Assembly: GCF_001735745.1 (NCBI RefSeq)
Contig: NZ_CP017260.1
Location: 1,650,001 to 1,682,000, forward strand
DNA from: Formosa sp. Hel1_33_131
GTDB lineage: Bacteria; Bacteroidota; Bacteroidia; Flavobacteriales; Flavobacteriaceae
Length of the DNA: 32,000 nt
Reading direction: 5' to 3'
The notes under the pieces are model-generated. The model was not told the origin of the DNA. It saw only the letters and a list, made by a program, of their open reading frames with translations, and searched no databases. How positions within the stretch are numbered: the stretch's first letter is position 1; the number at the start of each line of letters is the position of its first letter. The position numbers and the translations under genes are program-made. Shown here in pieces: positions 22,083 to 30,895 of this stretch.

Positions 22083-23321
22083 CTAACGCAACATCATGGC
22101 TGCCTTTTTAACGCCCGCTACAAAAGTGTCTACTTCTTCTTTGGTGTTATAAAAACAAAACGAAGCTCTCGCAGTTCCAGAGACTTTAAAGAAATCCATA
22201 ATGGGTTGCGCACAGTGTTGACCCGTACGAATGGCAATCCCCAGTTTATCAACGATAGTACCTAAGTCATAAGCATGAACGCCCTCTATATTAAAAGAAA
22301 TAACCGAGGTTTTATCCGTTTTTGGACCATAGATTTGCATGCCTTCAATCGCATTTAATTTTTCAGTGGCATACTCTAAAAGTTCGTGTTCATAAGCGGC
22401 AATTGCATCAAAACCAATCGAATTCATATAGTCAATCGCAGCTCCAAAAGCAATGCCTCCACAAATGTTTGGAGTTCCCGCTTCAAATTTATGAGGCAGA
22501 CCTGCATAGGTTGTTTTTTCAAAGGTCACTTCAGAAATCATTTCGCCACCCCCTTGATAAGGTGGTAATTTATGCAACCACGATTCTTTTGCATACAGCA
22601 TTCCTACACCTGTTGGGCCACACATTTTATGACCTGAGGTCACGTAAAAATCAACATCCAAGGCTTGTACATCTGGCTTGATGTGTGGGCAAGCTTGTGC
22701 ACCATCAACCAATATGGCAGCGCCTACTGAATGTGCTTTTTGAATCATTTCCTCAATAGGGTTAATGGTTCCTAAGGCATTGGAAATATGATTGACAAAT
22801 ACCAATTTTGGATTTAAAAGTAACAAGTCATCATAAGCAGCCATATCTAAGGCACCTTCTGAAGTCATCGGAATTACTTTTAAGGTGGCCTTGGTTTTTT
22901 CGCAAAGCATTTGCCAGGGTACAATATTACTGTGGTGCTCGAGTGCCGAGACCAGAATGGTATCATTTTCGTTTAGAAAACTTGCAAATCCATTGGCCAC
23001 TAAATTAATACTGTGGGTTGTTCCTGAGGTAAAAATAATTTCATGTGCATGCGCCGCATTAAAATGCTTTTGAATGGTGTGGCGTGCGCCTTCATATTTG
23101 TCAGTTGCTTCCTGACTTAAGGTATGAACTCCTCTATGAATATTGGAATTGTAATTAGAATAATAATCGACAATGACATCAATGACCTGTTGTGGGGTTT
23201 GTGATGTAGCGGCATTATCAAGATAAATTAATGGTTTCCCATTAACGGTTCTTGAGAGAATTGGAAAATCCTTTCGAATCGTTTCTACATCAAAAGGGGT
23301 ATTTGAATTTAGGTTATTCAT
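22083..23321 (-). CDS. sufS: Cysteine desulfurase SufS (class V aminotransferase, group II)
   Basis: 412 aa with the PLP-Lys motif ..SGHKMCGPTG.. and active-site ..RTGQHCAQP... Its start overlaps the sufD stop (TAATG). Confidence 0.95.
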   Translation of the reverse strand: MNNLNSNTPFDVETIRKDFPILSRTVNGKPLIYLDNAATSQTPQQVIDVIVDYYSNYNSNIHRGVHTLSQEATDKYEGARHTIQKHFNAAHAHEIIFTSGTTHSINLVANGFASFLNENDTILVSALEHHSNIVPWQMLCEKTKATLKVIPMTSEGALDMAAYDDLLLLNPKLVFVNHISNALGTINPIEEMIQKAHSVGAAILVDGAQACPHIKPDVQALDVDFYVTSGHKMCGPTGVGMLYAKESWLHKLPPYQGGGEMISEVTFEKTTYAGLPHKFEAGTPNICGGIAFGAAIDYMNSIGFDAIAAYEHELLEYATEKLNAIEGMQIYGPKTDKTSVISFNIEGVHAYDLGTIVDKLGIAIRTGQHCAQPIMDFFKVSGTARASFCFYNTKEEVDTFVAGVKKAAMMLR

Positions 23322-24637
23322 TATAAATCAAATCCTATATTAACTCCTAATTTTTCGGCAATTAAGGCGTTTATTCTATTTTTTAGTTGTGGAATTTTCA
23401 CACTTTCCAAAACGTTATTCGCAAAAGCATACATCAAAAGGGCCTTGGCTTCTTTTTCAGGAATCCCTCTGGCACGTAAATAAAATAGTGCATCTTCATC
23501 CAACTGTCCAATCGTACAACCGTGAGAACACTTTACATCATCCGCAAAAATCTCTAGCTGAGGCTTGGTGTTGATGCTCGCTTTGTCACTGATAAGCAAG
23601 TTATTGTTGGACTGAAATGCATTTGTTTTTTGAGCTTCTCTATTAACGAGTACTTTTCCATTAAAAACTCCAGTAGAGCTGTCGCCAAAAATACCTTTAT
23701 AATCTTGATGGCTTTCACAATTGGGCTCAATATGATGTACCAACGTGTTGTGATCGACATGTTGTTTGTTTCCAATAATGGTAACTCCATTTAAAGTGGA
23801 GTCAATGTATTCCCCGTTTTGATAAAAGTTCAAATTATTTCGAGTTAATTTTCCTCCAAAACTAAAGGTGTGTACCGAAACATGACTTTCTCTTGCTTGG
23901 TCTATAAAAGTGCTATCGATGAGTGATGCGTTTTCTTTGTCGTTTTGAACTTTATAATAATCAACAATTCCACGTTTTGCAGCAAAAATTTCGGTGACAC
24001 TGTTGGTCAATGTTGGATTGTCTGTAAGACTTTGGTGGCGTTCTATAATCTGAACATGTGCATTTTCATCTACCACAATTAAGTTTCTGGGTTGAAGCAA
24101 AAGTGCTGCTTCACTCCCCGTTGAAAAATGAATGATTTGAATTGGTTTTTCAACCAATTTATTTTTAGTGATATGAATGTAAGCTCCTTCATTTGAAAAC
24201 GCAGTATTCAAGGATGTCAAGCTATCTTTCTCAGCTATTTTATTAAAATAGTTTTCGATGACCACACGGTATTTAGGCTTGCTGAAAGCAGCAGACATCA
24301 AACAAATATCGATGCCTTCATGTGTAGTTTCTGAGAGATGTGATGCATATTTTCCATCGACAAATACAATTTTGTAACTGTCAATGTCATGTATAAAATA
24401 GGGTTGAACATCTTTATATTCAACAGCGAATTCTGTTTTTACAAACACACTAAAATCTTGTTTCAAGACTTTCCCTAAGGAAGTGTATTTCCAAGCCTCA
24501 TCTTTCTTGGCAGGGAAGCCTTCAGATTCAAAGCGCTTTATCGCCTCTGTGCGAATATCATGTACAAAAGTGTTGTCTAATGAAATCTGATTTTCAAAAG
24601 CAATAAAAGAGGATACTAATTTTTCTTTAAGTTCCAT
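23321..24637 (-). CDS. sufD: Fe-S cluster assembly protein SufD
   Basis: 438 aa. The C-terminal beta-helix region (..PQLEIFADDVKCSHGCTIGQLDEDALFYLRARGI..) is characteristic of SufD/SufB. Confidence 0.9.
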   Translation of the reverse strand: MELKEKLVSSFIAFENQISLDNTFVHDIRTEAIKRFESEGFPAKKDEAWKYTSLGKVLKQDFSVFVKTEFAVEYKDVQPYFIHDIDSYKIVFVDGKYASHLSETTHEGIDICLMSAAFSKPKYRVVIENYFNKIAEKDSLTSLNTAFSNEGAYIHITKNKLVEKPIQIIHFSTGSEAALLLQPRNLIVVDENAHVQIIERHQSLTDNPTLTNSVTEIFAAKRGIVDYYKVQNDKENASLIDSTFIDQARESHVSVHTFSFGGKLTRNNLNFYQNGEYIDSTLNGVTIIGNKQHVDHNTLVHHIEPNCESHQDYKGIFGDSSTGVFNGKVLVNREAQKTNAFQSNNNLLISDKASINTKPQLEIFADDVKCSHGCTIGQLDEDALFYLRARGIPEKEAKALLMYAFANNVLESVKIPQLKNRINALIAEKLGVNIGFDL

Positions 24638-24654
24638 AAAGGCAATGCGTTCTT

Positions 24655-25407
24655 TTAATTTTCAGCTTCTTGTTTGATCCAGTCGTACCCTTTTTCTTCC
24701 AATTCAAATGCAAGTTCTTTGGTTCCAGATTTTACTATTTTTCCGTTGTGAAGTACATGTACAAAATCTGGTACGATATAATCCAACAGACGTTGGTAAT
24801 GCGTAATAACGACTACGGCATTATCTTTTGTTTTTAGTTTGTTAACGCCATTGGCTACGATGCGAAGTGCATCAATATCCAGTCCTGAATCGGTTTCATC
24901 TAGGATGGCTAGTTTTGGTTCCAACATCGCCATTTGAAAAATCTCATTTCGTTTTTTCTCACCACCTGAAAATCCTTGATTTAAAGAACGCGATAAAAAC
25001 TTTCGATCGATTTCTAATAACTCAGATTTTTCACGAATCATTTTAAGCATTTCTTTTGCAGGCATATCTTCTAAACCTTTTGCTTTGCGCATTTCGTTGA
25101 GCGATGTTTTCATGAAGTTGGTGACCGTTACGCCAGGTATTTCAACGGGGTATTGAAAAGATAAAAAGATGCCTTTGTGAGCACGTTCTTCGACAGAAAG
25201 TTCGTCAATATCTTGATCCTCAAAAGTAATTTTTCCTTTTTCAACTTCGTATTCTTCTTTTCCAGCGACGACAGCAGCCAAGGTGCTTTTACCAGAACCG
25301 TTAGGCCCCATAATTGCATGAACCTCACCTGGTTTTATTTCTAGATTGATGCCTTTAAGAATTGACTTATCGTCAATGTTTGCATGTAAATCGATTATTT
25401 TTAACAT
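24655..25407 (-). CDS. sufC: Fe-S cluster assembly ATPase SufC
   Basis: 250 aa with Walker A GPNGSGKST, ABC signature FSGGEKKR and Walker B LAILDETDSGLD. Confidence 0.95.
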   Translation of the reverse strand: MLKIIDLHANIDDKSILKGINLEIKPGEVHAIMGPNGSGKSTLAAVVAGKEEYEVEKGKITFEDQDIDELSVEERAHKGIFLSFQYPVEIPGVTVTNFMKTSLNEMRKAKGLEDMPAKEMLKMIREKSELLEIDRKFLSRSLNQGFSGGEKKRNEIFQMAMLEPKLAILDETDSGLDIDALRIVANGVNKLKTKDNAVVVITHYQRLLDYIVPDFVHVLHNGKIVKSGTKELAFELEEKGYDWIKQEAEN

Positions 25408-25409
25408 AG

Positions 25410-25784
25410 TTATTCTGTGCCTAATTTTAATATATTCTCTGTTTCTTTTGCTGCAGAAATGCTGATAATTTCAACAATTTCTAATTTCTTTTCCCATAAA
25501 ATTTTAGGGTCTTCTTTTGAAGATATAATGCCTCTCACTTCCACATTCACCATGTCGGTTTCGTTGGTTTTAAGAGGGGCTGCTTTTTCATTTAATTCTT
25601 TTGCTAAATCATTTAAAAACACACCATAAATTTCGACGTCATTTTGCAAGACGGCGGCATCCTCAAAATAGATGTAATTCCCTTTAATGATTGTAGTGTC
25701 ATCAGTCGTTTCAGTTGTGGTTTTCGAATTGTTTTTGCATCCTAAAACGGTGATTACAAAAACGAACATTAATAGATTTTTCAT
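25410..25784 (-). CDS. Small lipoprotein, unknown function, embedded between sufB and sufC
   Basis: 124 aa with lipobox VLGC. It lies 10 nt after the sufB stop and 2 nt before the sufC start. Confidence 0.6.
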   Translation of the reverse strand: MKNLLMFVFVITVLGCKNNSKTTTETTDDTTIIKGNYIYFEDAAVLQNDVEIYGVFLNDLAKELNEKAAPLKTNETDMVNVEVRGIISSKEDPKILWEKKLEIVEIISISAAKETENILKLGTE

Positions 25785-25794
25785 AGTTTAAATT

Positions 25795-27243
25795 TTATCC
25801 TACGGAGCCTTCGAGACTTATTTCTAGTAATTTTTGAGCTTCCACGGCAAATTCCATAGGGAGTTTATTGAGGACTTCTTTGCTAAATCCATTCACAATG
25901 AGTGCAATGGCCTTTTCGGTTTCGATCCCTCTTTGATTACAATAAAATATTTGATCTTCCCCAATTTTACTTGTGGTCGCTTCATGCTCTATTTGAGCTG
26001 ATTTGTTTTTAACTTCGATATATGGAAAAGTGTGTGCGCCACATTCATTCCCCATTAACAAACTATCACATTGAGAAAAATTCCGAGCATTGTCTGCTCT
26101 CGAACTTATTTGAACCAATCCTCTGTAACTATTTTGCGATTTCCCTGCGGAAATACCTTTACTAATGATGGTTGATTTTGTGTTTTTTCCCAAGTGAATC
26201 ATTTTGGTTCCTGTATCCGCTTGCTGGTAATTATTGGTCACCGCGATGGAATAAAATTCCCCTACAGAATTATCACCTTTCAAGATGCATGAAGGGTATT
26301 TCCAAGTCACAGCACTTCCGGTTTCAACTTGTGTCCAAGAAATTTTGGCGTCTTTTTCACAGATCCCACGTTTGGTTACAAAATTATAAACCCCTCCAAC
26401 ACCTTCGGCATTTCCAGGGTACCAGTTTTGAACGGTGGAGTATTTAATTTCAGCAGCATCCATAGCAATCAGTTCTACAACGGCGGCGTGCAATTGGTTT
26501 TCGTCTCTACTTGGAGCCGTACAACCTTCGAGGTAACTTACATAACTTCCTTCATCTGCAATCAACAGGGTGCGTTCAAATTGACCTGTACCTCCTTGAT
26601 TAATTCTAAAATAGGTAGAGAGTTCCATTGGACATCTAACACCTTTAGGAATGTAGCAAAAACTACCATCACTAAACACAGCACTGTTTAAGGCCGCATA
26701 GTAATTGTCAGTTGTTGGAACCACGGTTCCCATGTATTTTTTAACGAGTTCTGGATGTTCTTTGATGGCTTCAGAAATACTCATAAAAATGATACCTTTC
26801 TCACCAAGCGTCTTTTTAAATGTGGTCGCAACAGACACAGAGTCAACAACAATATCCATAGCGACATTGTTCATCTTCTTCTGTTCATCAATCGAAATTC
26901 CTAACTTTTTATACATTGCCAATAAGTCTGGATCGACATCGTCGAGGGTTTTATTTGGATCGATAGAGGCTGGTGCAGAATAATAAGCAATCGCCTGAAA
27001 ATCTGGCTTTTTATATTTTACATTCGCCCAGTCTGGCTCTTCCATAGTTTTCCAAACTTTGAAAGCTTCTAAACGCCATTCGGTCATCCATTCCGGCTCT
27101 TCTTTCTTTTTTGAAATGGCTCTCACAATGGATTCATCCAAACCAATAGGAAAGGTTTCAGAATCTATATCTGTATAAAAACCATATTCGTATTCTTTGG
27201 TTTTTAATTCTTCTCTTAAATCATCTTCGGTGTACTTACTCAT
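25795..27243 (-). CDS. sufB: Fe-S cluster assembly scaffold SufB
   Basis: 482 aa with highly conserved SufB blocks (..YSTVQNWY..; ..[21 protein letters not shown]..). Confidence 0.95.
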   Translation of the reverse strand: MSKYTEDDLREELKTKEYEYGFYTDIDSETFPIGLDESIVRAISKKKEEPEWMTEWRLEAFKVWKTMEEPDWANVKYKKPDFQAIAYYSAPASIDPNKTLDDVDPDLLAMYKKLGISIDEQKKMNNVAMDIVVDSVSVATTFKKTLGEKGIIFMSISEAIKEHPELVKKYMGTVVPTTDNYYAALNSAVFSDGSFCYIPKGVRCPMELSTYFRINQGGTGQFERTLLIADEGSYVSYLEGCTAPSRDENQLHAAVVELIAMDAAEIKYSTVQNWYPGNAEGVGGVYNFVTKRGICEKDAKISWTQVETGSAVTWKYPSCILKGDNSVGEFYSIAVTNNYQQADTGTKMIHLGKNTKSTIISKGISAGKSQNSYRGLVQISSRADNARNFSQCDSLLMGNECGAHTFPYIEVKNKSAQIEHEATTSKIGEDQIFYCNQRGIETEKAIALIVNGFSKEVLNKLPMEFAVEAQKLLEISLEGSVG

Positions 27244-27261
27244 ACCACTTATAAAATTATA

Positions 27262-27591
27262 CTATAAAGAAAAAGATTCTCCACACCCACAAGTACGGTT
27301 TGCATTGGGGTTATTAAACACAAATCCAGCACCGTTTAGGCCACCAGAATATTCTAAAGTTGTTCCAATTAGATACAAAAAACTCTTCGTATCAACCACG
27401 ATTTTCACACCGTTGTCTTCAAATAATTTATCACCTTCAATCTGAGATTTGTCAAATTTCAAATCATAAGATAACCCTGAGCATCCCCCACTTTTAACAC
27501 CCACTCGGACATAGTCATTGGTAGGATCAAATCCGTCATCTTGCATTAATTGCAAGACTTTACTTTTTGCTGTTTCAGATACTTTTATCAT
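27262..27591 (-). CDS. HesB/IscA/SufA-type iron-sulfur cluster insertion (A-type carrier) protein
   Basis: The start is taken at Met22 of the 130-aa ORF (MIKVSETAKSKV..), giving 109 aa. The C-terminal CGCGESFSL motif is the A-type carrier signature. Confidence 0.85.
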   Translation of the reverse strand: MIKVSETAKSKVLQLMQDDGFDPTNDYVRVGVKSGGCSGLSYDLKFDKSQIEGDKLFEDNGVKIVVDTKSFLYLIGTTLEYSGGLNGAGFVFNNPNANRTCGCGESFSL

Positions 27592-27613
27592 AACGCTTAT
27601 ATAGATACTTTCT

Positions 27614-27621
27614 AAATAGGG
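27614..27621 (-). promoter_or_regulatory. -7 box TATATTTG, candidate suf operon promoter
   Basis: Exact TAnnTTTG on the minus strand, 22 nt upstream of the proposed ATG at 27591. This also supports the shorter start. Confidence 0.35.
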
Positions 27622-27696
27622 CACAAATATACAACATACAGAGGGGATTTCCATGCATCCTTACATTATATTAATAGATGGGTTTATAGGATTAGC

Positions 27697-28773
27697 CTAT
27701 GGATTTGAAAAGCTCGGGTTATTTATGAAATCTAGGTCCGATAAGCTTAAAAGAAATGCCTTCAAATCGGCTTTTTCTTGAGGGCTGAGTTGCACGCCTC
27801 CTTGATCTACTTTTTTCATCAAGGGGTCAATGGTAGGAGAATCTTGCAAGCCTTCACTGTAATGATTGATGACATCTTCAAGCGTTTCAAATCTACCATC
27901 GTGCATATAAGGCGCTGTAAAAGCAAGATTTCTTAAGGAAGGAGATCTGAATTTACCATTGTCAGCAGGGTCTCCAGTCACAGTTCCAAATCCGAGATCT
28001 GAAAATGCAGTATCTAAACCATTATTGTGAAACTTATTATCCGTCCAAAGTGGATTATTATCACTGCCGTGGCAATGAAAGCAATCGCCTTTTGATTCGT
28101 CCATAAAGATGTTAAACCCATTCGTTTCTTCAGGAGTTAAGGAGGCGGTTCCTAAGAGGTGTTTGTCAAATTTTGAATTCGCCGAAATGAGTGTTCTCTC
28201 AAACTGAGCGATGGCTTTAGAAACCAAAACAGAGTCAACAGTCGCTGTGCCAAATGCCGCATTAAATAGTTCAGGATATTCTGAATGTTGTTGTAGTTTT
28301 TCTGTGACAGCCGCCCAAGTGGTGTGCATTTCGATCGGATTGGTAACAGGTTCAAACGCTTGGTTTTCAAGTCCAGATTCGCGTCCGTCCCAAAAGAATT
28401 TATTGTCATAATTCCACGCTAAATTAAATAAAGGCATGGAGTTTCGGTTTCCAAACAGCCCGTCAATTCCATCGCTAAAGCGGGTCTCATCGGTAAATGC
28501 GTTGGTCGTACTGTGACAACCGGCACATGCTAGGGTGTTGTCTGCGGATAAAATGGGGTCGAAAAACAGTTTTTTCCCTAAAGAGATTCCCTCTTCTGTT
28601 TGTGGGTTGTTTGACGGAATCACAGGATCTAGGATGAGGTCTTGAAATAATTGAGGAATTTGTAGTGGACTCGCCGTAGGCACATTGACATAAGGCTTTT
28701 CGGAGTCTTCGTTGCAGGATGCGACACACAAGGCAAACATAAATATATAAAAATAAGATGTTTTATGTGTCAT
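27697..28773 (-). CDS. Di-haem cytochrome c peroxidase family lipoprotein (MauG/MbnH-like)
   Basis: 358 aa with lipobox VASC. Two CxxCH haem motifs (CAGCH, CFHCH) have CCP/MauG-type spacing. It sits immediately downstream of an MbnP-like gene. Confidence 0.85.
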   Translation of the reverse strand: MTHKTSYFYIFMFALCVASCNEDSEKPYVNVPTASPLQIPQLFQDLILDPVIPSNNPQTEEGISLGKKLFFDPILSADNTLACAGCHSTTNAFTDETRFSDGIDGLFGNRNSMPLFNLAWNYDNKFFWDGRESGLENQAFEPVTNPIEMHTTWAAVTEKLQQHSEYPELFNAAFGTATVDSVLVSKAIAQFERTLISANSKFDKHLLGTASLTPEETNGFNIFMDESKGDCFHCHGSDNNPLWTDNKFHNNGLDTAFSDLGFGTVTGDPADNGKFRSPSLRNLAFTAPYMHDGRFETLEDVINHYSEGLQDSPTIDPLMKKVDQGGVQLSPQEKADLKAFLLSLSDLDFINNPSFSNP

Positions 28774-28779
28774 TTCTAT

Positions 28780-29550
28780 CTAGTTAATACCTTTCAAAGT
28801 AAATACACTTTGCCCATTTTCATGCATCAAAATTTGAGCCGCAGAATTTGGCATTAGCATTTGATTATATACGTTAAGATCCCATGAATACGGGTTTTTG
28901 AACCATTCTTCAATATGCATTGCAACGTTGATTTCTATATCCGCCGCAACCGTAATCGCCCCTAAGTCCACTCGAAAAAAGGTGTCTTGTGGAAAGGTTG
29001 GATTGGGTCCGGCATTGTCATTCGCTCGGATGGCGTGGTAATTATATCCTTGGGTTACATTATTCGAAGTTATAAATTTTCCATCTAATTGCATATAGTG
29101 GTAACCGCCGCCTAACAACGAAGGAACATTCCAAGATGCAGTATTCAAATCGTTGTAAGCACCATCTGTGTTTTTTTCATTAATCAGTCCAAATACAAAA
29201 GAGACGTTGCTGTAAGTTCCTTGAGCAATTTTTTGATTGGGGGTAAAAGACAGGTTTGTTTGATTGGTGACATCCACTAGGTTGTAGCCTTCTAATAAAA
29301 TGGTTTGCCCATCTGTTTTGGTGAATGTAATATCTGAAATTAAATAGCGCAAGCGTTCAATGCTTAAAAGTTCGCCGTGAGCATTTGTAAAATTTAACGT
29401 ATTAAAATCGGAATTCGTTATTTGGGTTTCATCCCAATAATGAGAAAAGGTTAGGGTTGTATTTACAGGAGCAACAACGTCATCGGAGTCAGAGCTGCAT
29501 CCAAATAAAATCAGTAAGCTAAGAGTTAATAAAGTGTAGAGTTGTTTCAT
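28780..29550 (-). CDS. MbnP-family (copper-binding partner of MbnH) lipoprotein, tentative
   Basis: 256 aa with lipobox LFGC. The block ..FTNAHGELLSIERLRYLISDITFTK.. resembles MbnP-family proteins as I remember them, and pairing with a di-haem peroxidase 6 nt downstream fits. Not verified by search. Confidence 0.55.
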   Translation of the reverse strand: MKQLYTLLTLSLLILFGCSSDSDDVVAPVNTTLTFSHYWDETQITNSDFNTLNFTNAHGELLSIERLRYLISDITFTKTDGQTILLEGYNLVDVTNQTNLSFTPNQKIAQGTYSNVSFVFGLINEKNTDGAYNDLNTASWNVPSLLGGGYHYMQLDGKFITSNNVTQGYNYHAIRANDNAGPNPTFPQDTFFRVDLGAITVAADIEINVAMHIEEWFKNPYSWDLNVYNQMLMPNSAAQILMHENGQSVFTLKGIN

Positions 29551-30890
29551 TTTAATTTGAGTATTAAGAGGTCAGTAAACCCGTTGTTTTCAGAAATATC
29601 TTCGTTGGAACTACTAGAGTCTCCAACAGCCACAATTGTTTGATCGTTGAGTTCAGTCGCGTCATAAAAAAAATCGACTTCACTGCCGCCAATTGTTTTT
29701 TGCCATTCTAAGTCGCCACTGCTATTGATCTTTACGACCCAAGCGTCATTTTGTCCTTTGTTGGTTGTGAGGTTTCCATCGGTACTTCGTGAACTTCCAG
29801 AAATCAAAAAACCGTTGTCTTGTGTTTTTGAAATGGACCGTCCCACATCAAAATTACTACCGCCCAATGTTTTTTCCCAAAGCAAAGTGCCTTCGGGGGT
29901 GATTTTAATGACCCATAAATCCGCCGCGCCATTGCTCTGAGAAATGTCCAAATCGTTACTTCTGGTATCTCCGACGATTAGATAGTTTCCATCTGTTGTT
30001 TGACTGATGGCATGCGCTTCATCAATTTCACTGCCTCCAAAAGATTTCTCCCAAACTAAGGCGCCAGTGTCAGAGATTTTAATCGCCCAAAAATCATAAG
30101 TTCCTCGGTTGTTTGAGATATCCACATCATCACTATCCGAAGAGCCAATAATAATATAACCACCATCTTCGGTTTGAATGGCGTCGTAGGCCGTGTCGGT
30201 ATAGCTTCCGCCATAGTAGTTGCTCCATTGTTTGACGCCACTTGCGTTTAATTTAATCGCCCAATAATCGCCTCCTGCATGCCGACTGACAATCGAGTTT
30301 CGATCGCCTTGGCCATTGGAAGCGGAGACATCCAAAACGCCCGTCAATAAGTAACCATTGTCATTGGTTTGAATGATAGAATAGGGGGAGTCACTTCCTG
30401 CAAATCCAAAAGTGTATTCCCAAGAAATGGAGCCACTGCTGTCCAGTTTCGAAACCCAAAAATCCTCAAAGCCTGTGTTTTCAGAAACATCTAGATCACT
30501 GCTTTTACTTTTTCCAATCACGGCATAACCGCCATCTGAAGTTTGAATTAAATCAGCACCCCGATCGTCATCGCTTCCTCCGTATGTTTTTTGCCACTGT
30601 AATTGATTTGCAGCATCATATTTTAGGAGCCAATAATCATAAGATTCGTTGGATTTATTAGTAATATCTCCGTCCATACTTTGGGCGTGCCCTAAAATGG
30701 CGTAACCGCCGTCCGTTGTTTTGATAACGGCTTGAGCACTTTCATTTTTTGAACCGCCTAAGCTTGTTATAAAATCGATCTCTACGCCCGACTTTTGAGG
30801 AGTCGAGTTGTCATTGTCTTCAGAGCAGTTTATTAAACATGAAGTTATAAAAAACACACCTAGTAAATGGTATAAAGATTTTTTATACAT
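29547..30890 (-). CDS. Seven-repeat (beta-propeller-like) lipoprotein, unknown function
   Basis: 447 aa with a lipoprotein-type signal. Seven ~55-aa repeats follow the pattern QT.DGGY.i.G.s.S.D.Di..n.G..D.W..K....G...W.K..GGS..D. Its stop overlaps the MbnP-like start (ATGA). Confidence 0.7.
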   Translation of the reverse strand: MYKKSLYHLLGVFFITSCLINCSEDNDNSTPQKSGVEIDFITSLGGSKNESAQAVIKTTDGGYAILGHAQSMDGDITNKSNESYDYWLLKYDAANQLQWQKTYGGSDDDRGADLIQTSDGGYAVIGKSKSSDLDVSENTGFEDFWVSKLDSSGSISWEYTFGFAGSDSPYSIIQTNDNGYLLTGVLDVSASNGQGDRNSIVSRHAGGDYWAIKLNASGVKQWSNYYGGSYTDTAYDAIQTEDGGYIIIGSSDSDDVDISNNRGTYDFWAIKISDTGALVWEKSFGGSEIDEAHAISQTTDGNYLIVGDTRSNDLDISQSNGAADLWVIKITPEGTLLWEKTLGGSNFDVGRSISKTQDNGFLISGSSRSTDGNLTTNKGQNDAWVVKINSSGDLEWQKTIGGSEVDFFYDATELNDQTIVAVGDSSSSNEDISENNGFTDLLILKLK

Positions 30891-30895
30891 GGAGA

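Noticed and set aside
22050-23073. Plus-strand ORFs 22050..22265, 22322..22681, 22386..22568, 22808..23008 and 22885..23073
   Set aside because: All are antisense to the strongly supported sufS gene.
27592-27654. N-terminal 21-codon extension of the A-type carrier ORF (MEIPSVCCIFVPYLESIYISV)
   Set aside because: A-type carriers are ~105-110 aa and begin near MIKVSE... The extension would cover the candidate -7 box at 27614-27621 and has no homologous character.
28152-28729. ORFs 28152..28409(-), 28211..28411(+) and 28487..28729(-)
   Set aside because: Alternate-frame or antisense ORFs within the di-haem peroxidase gene, whose frame carries both CxxCH motifs.
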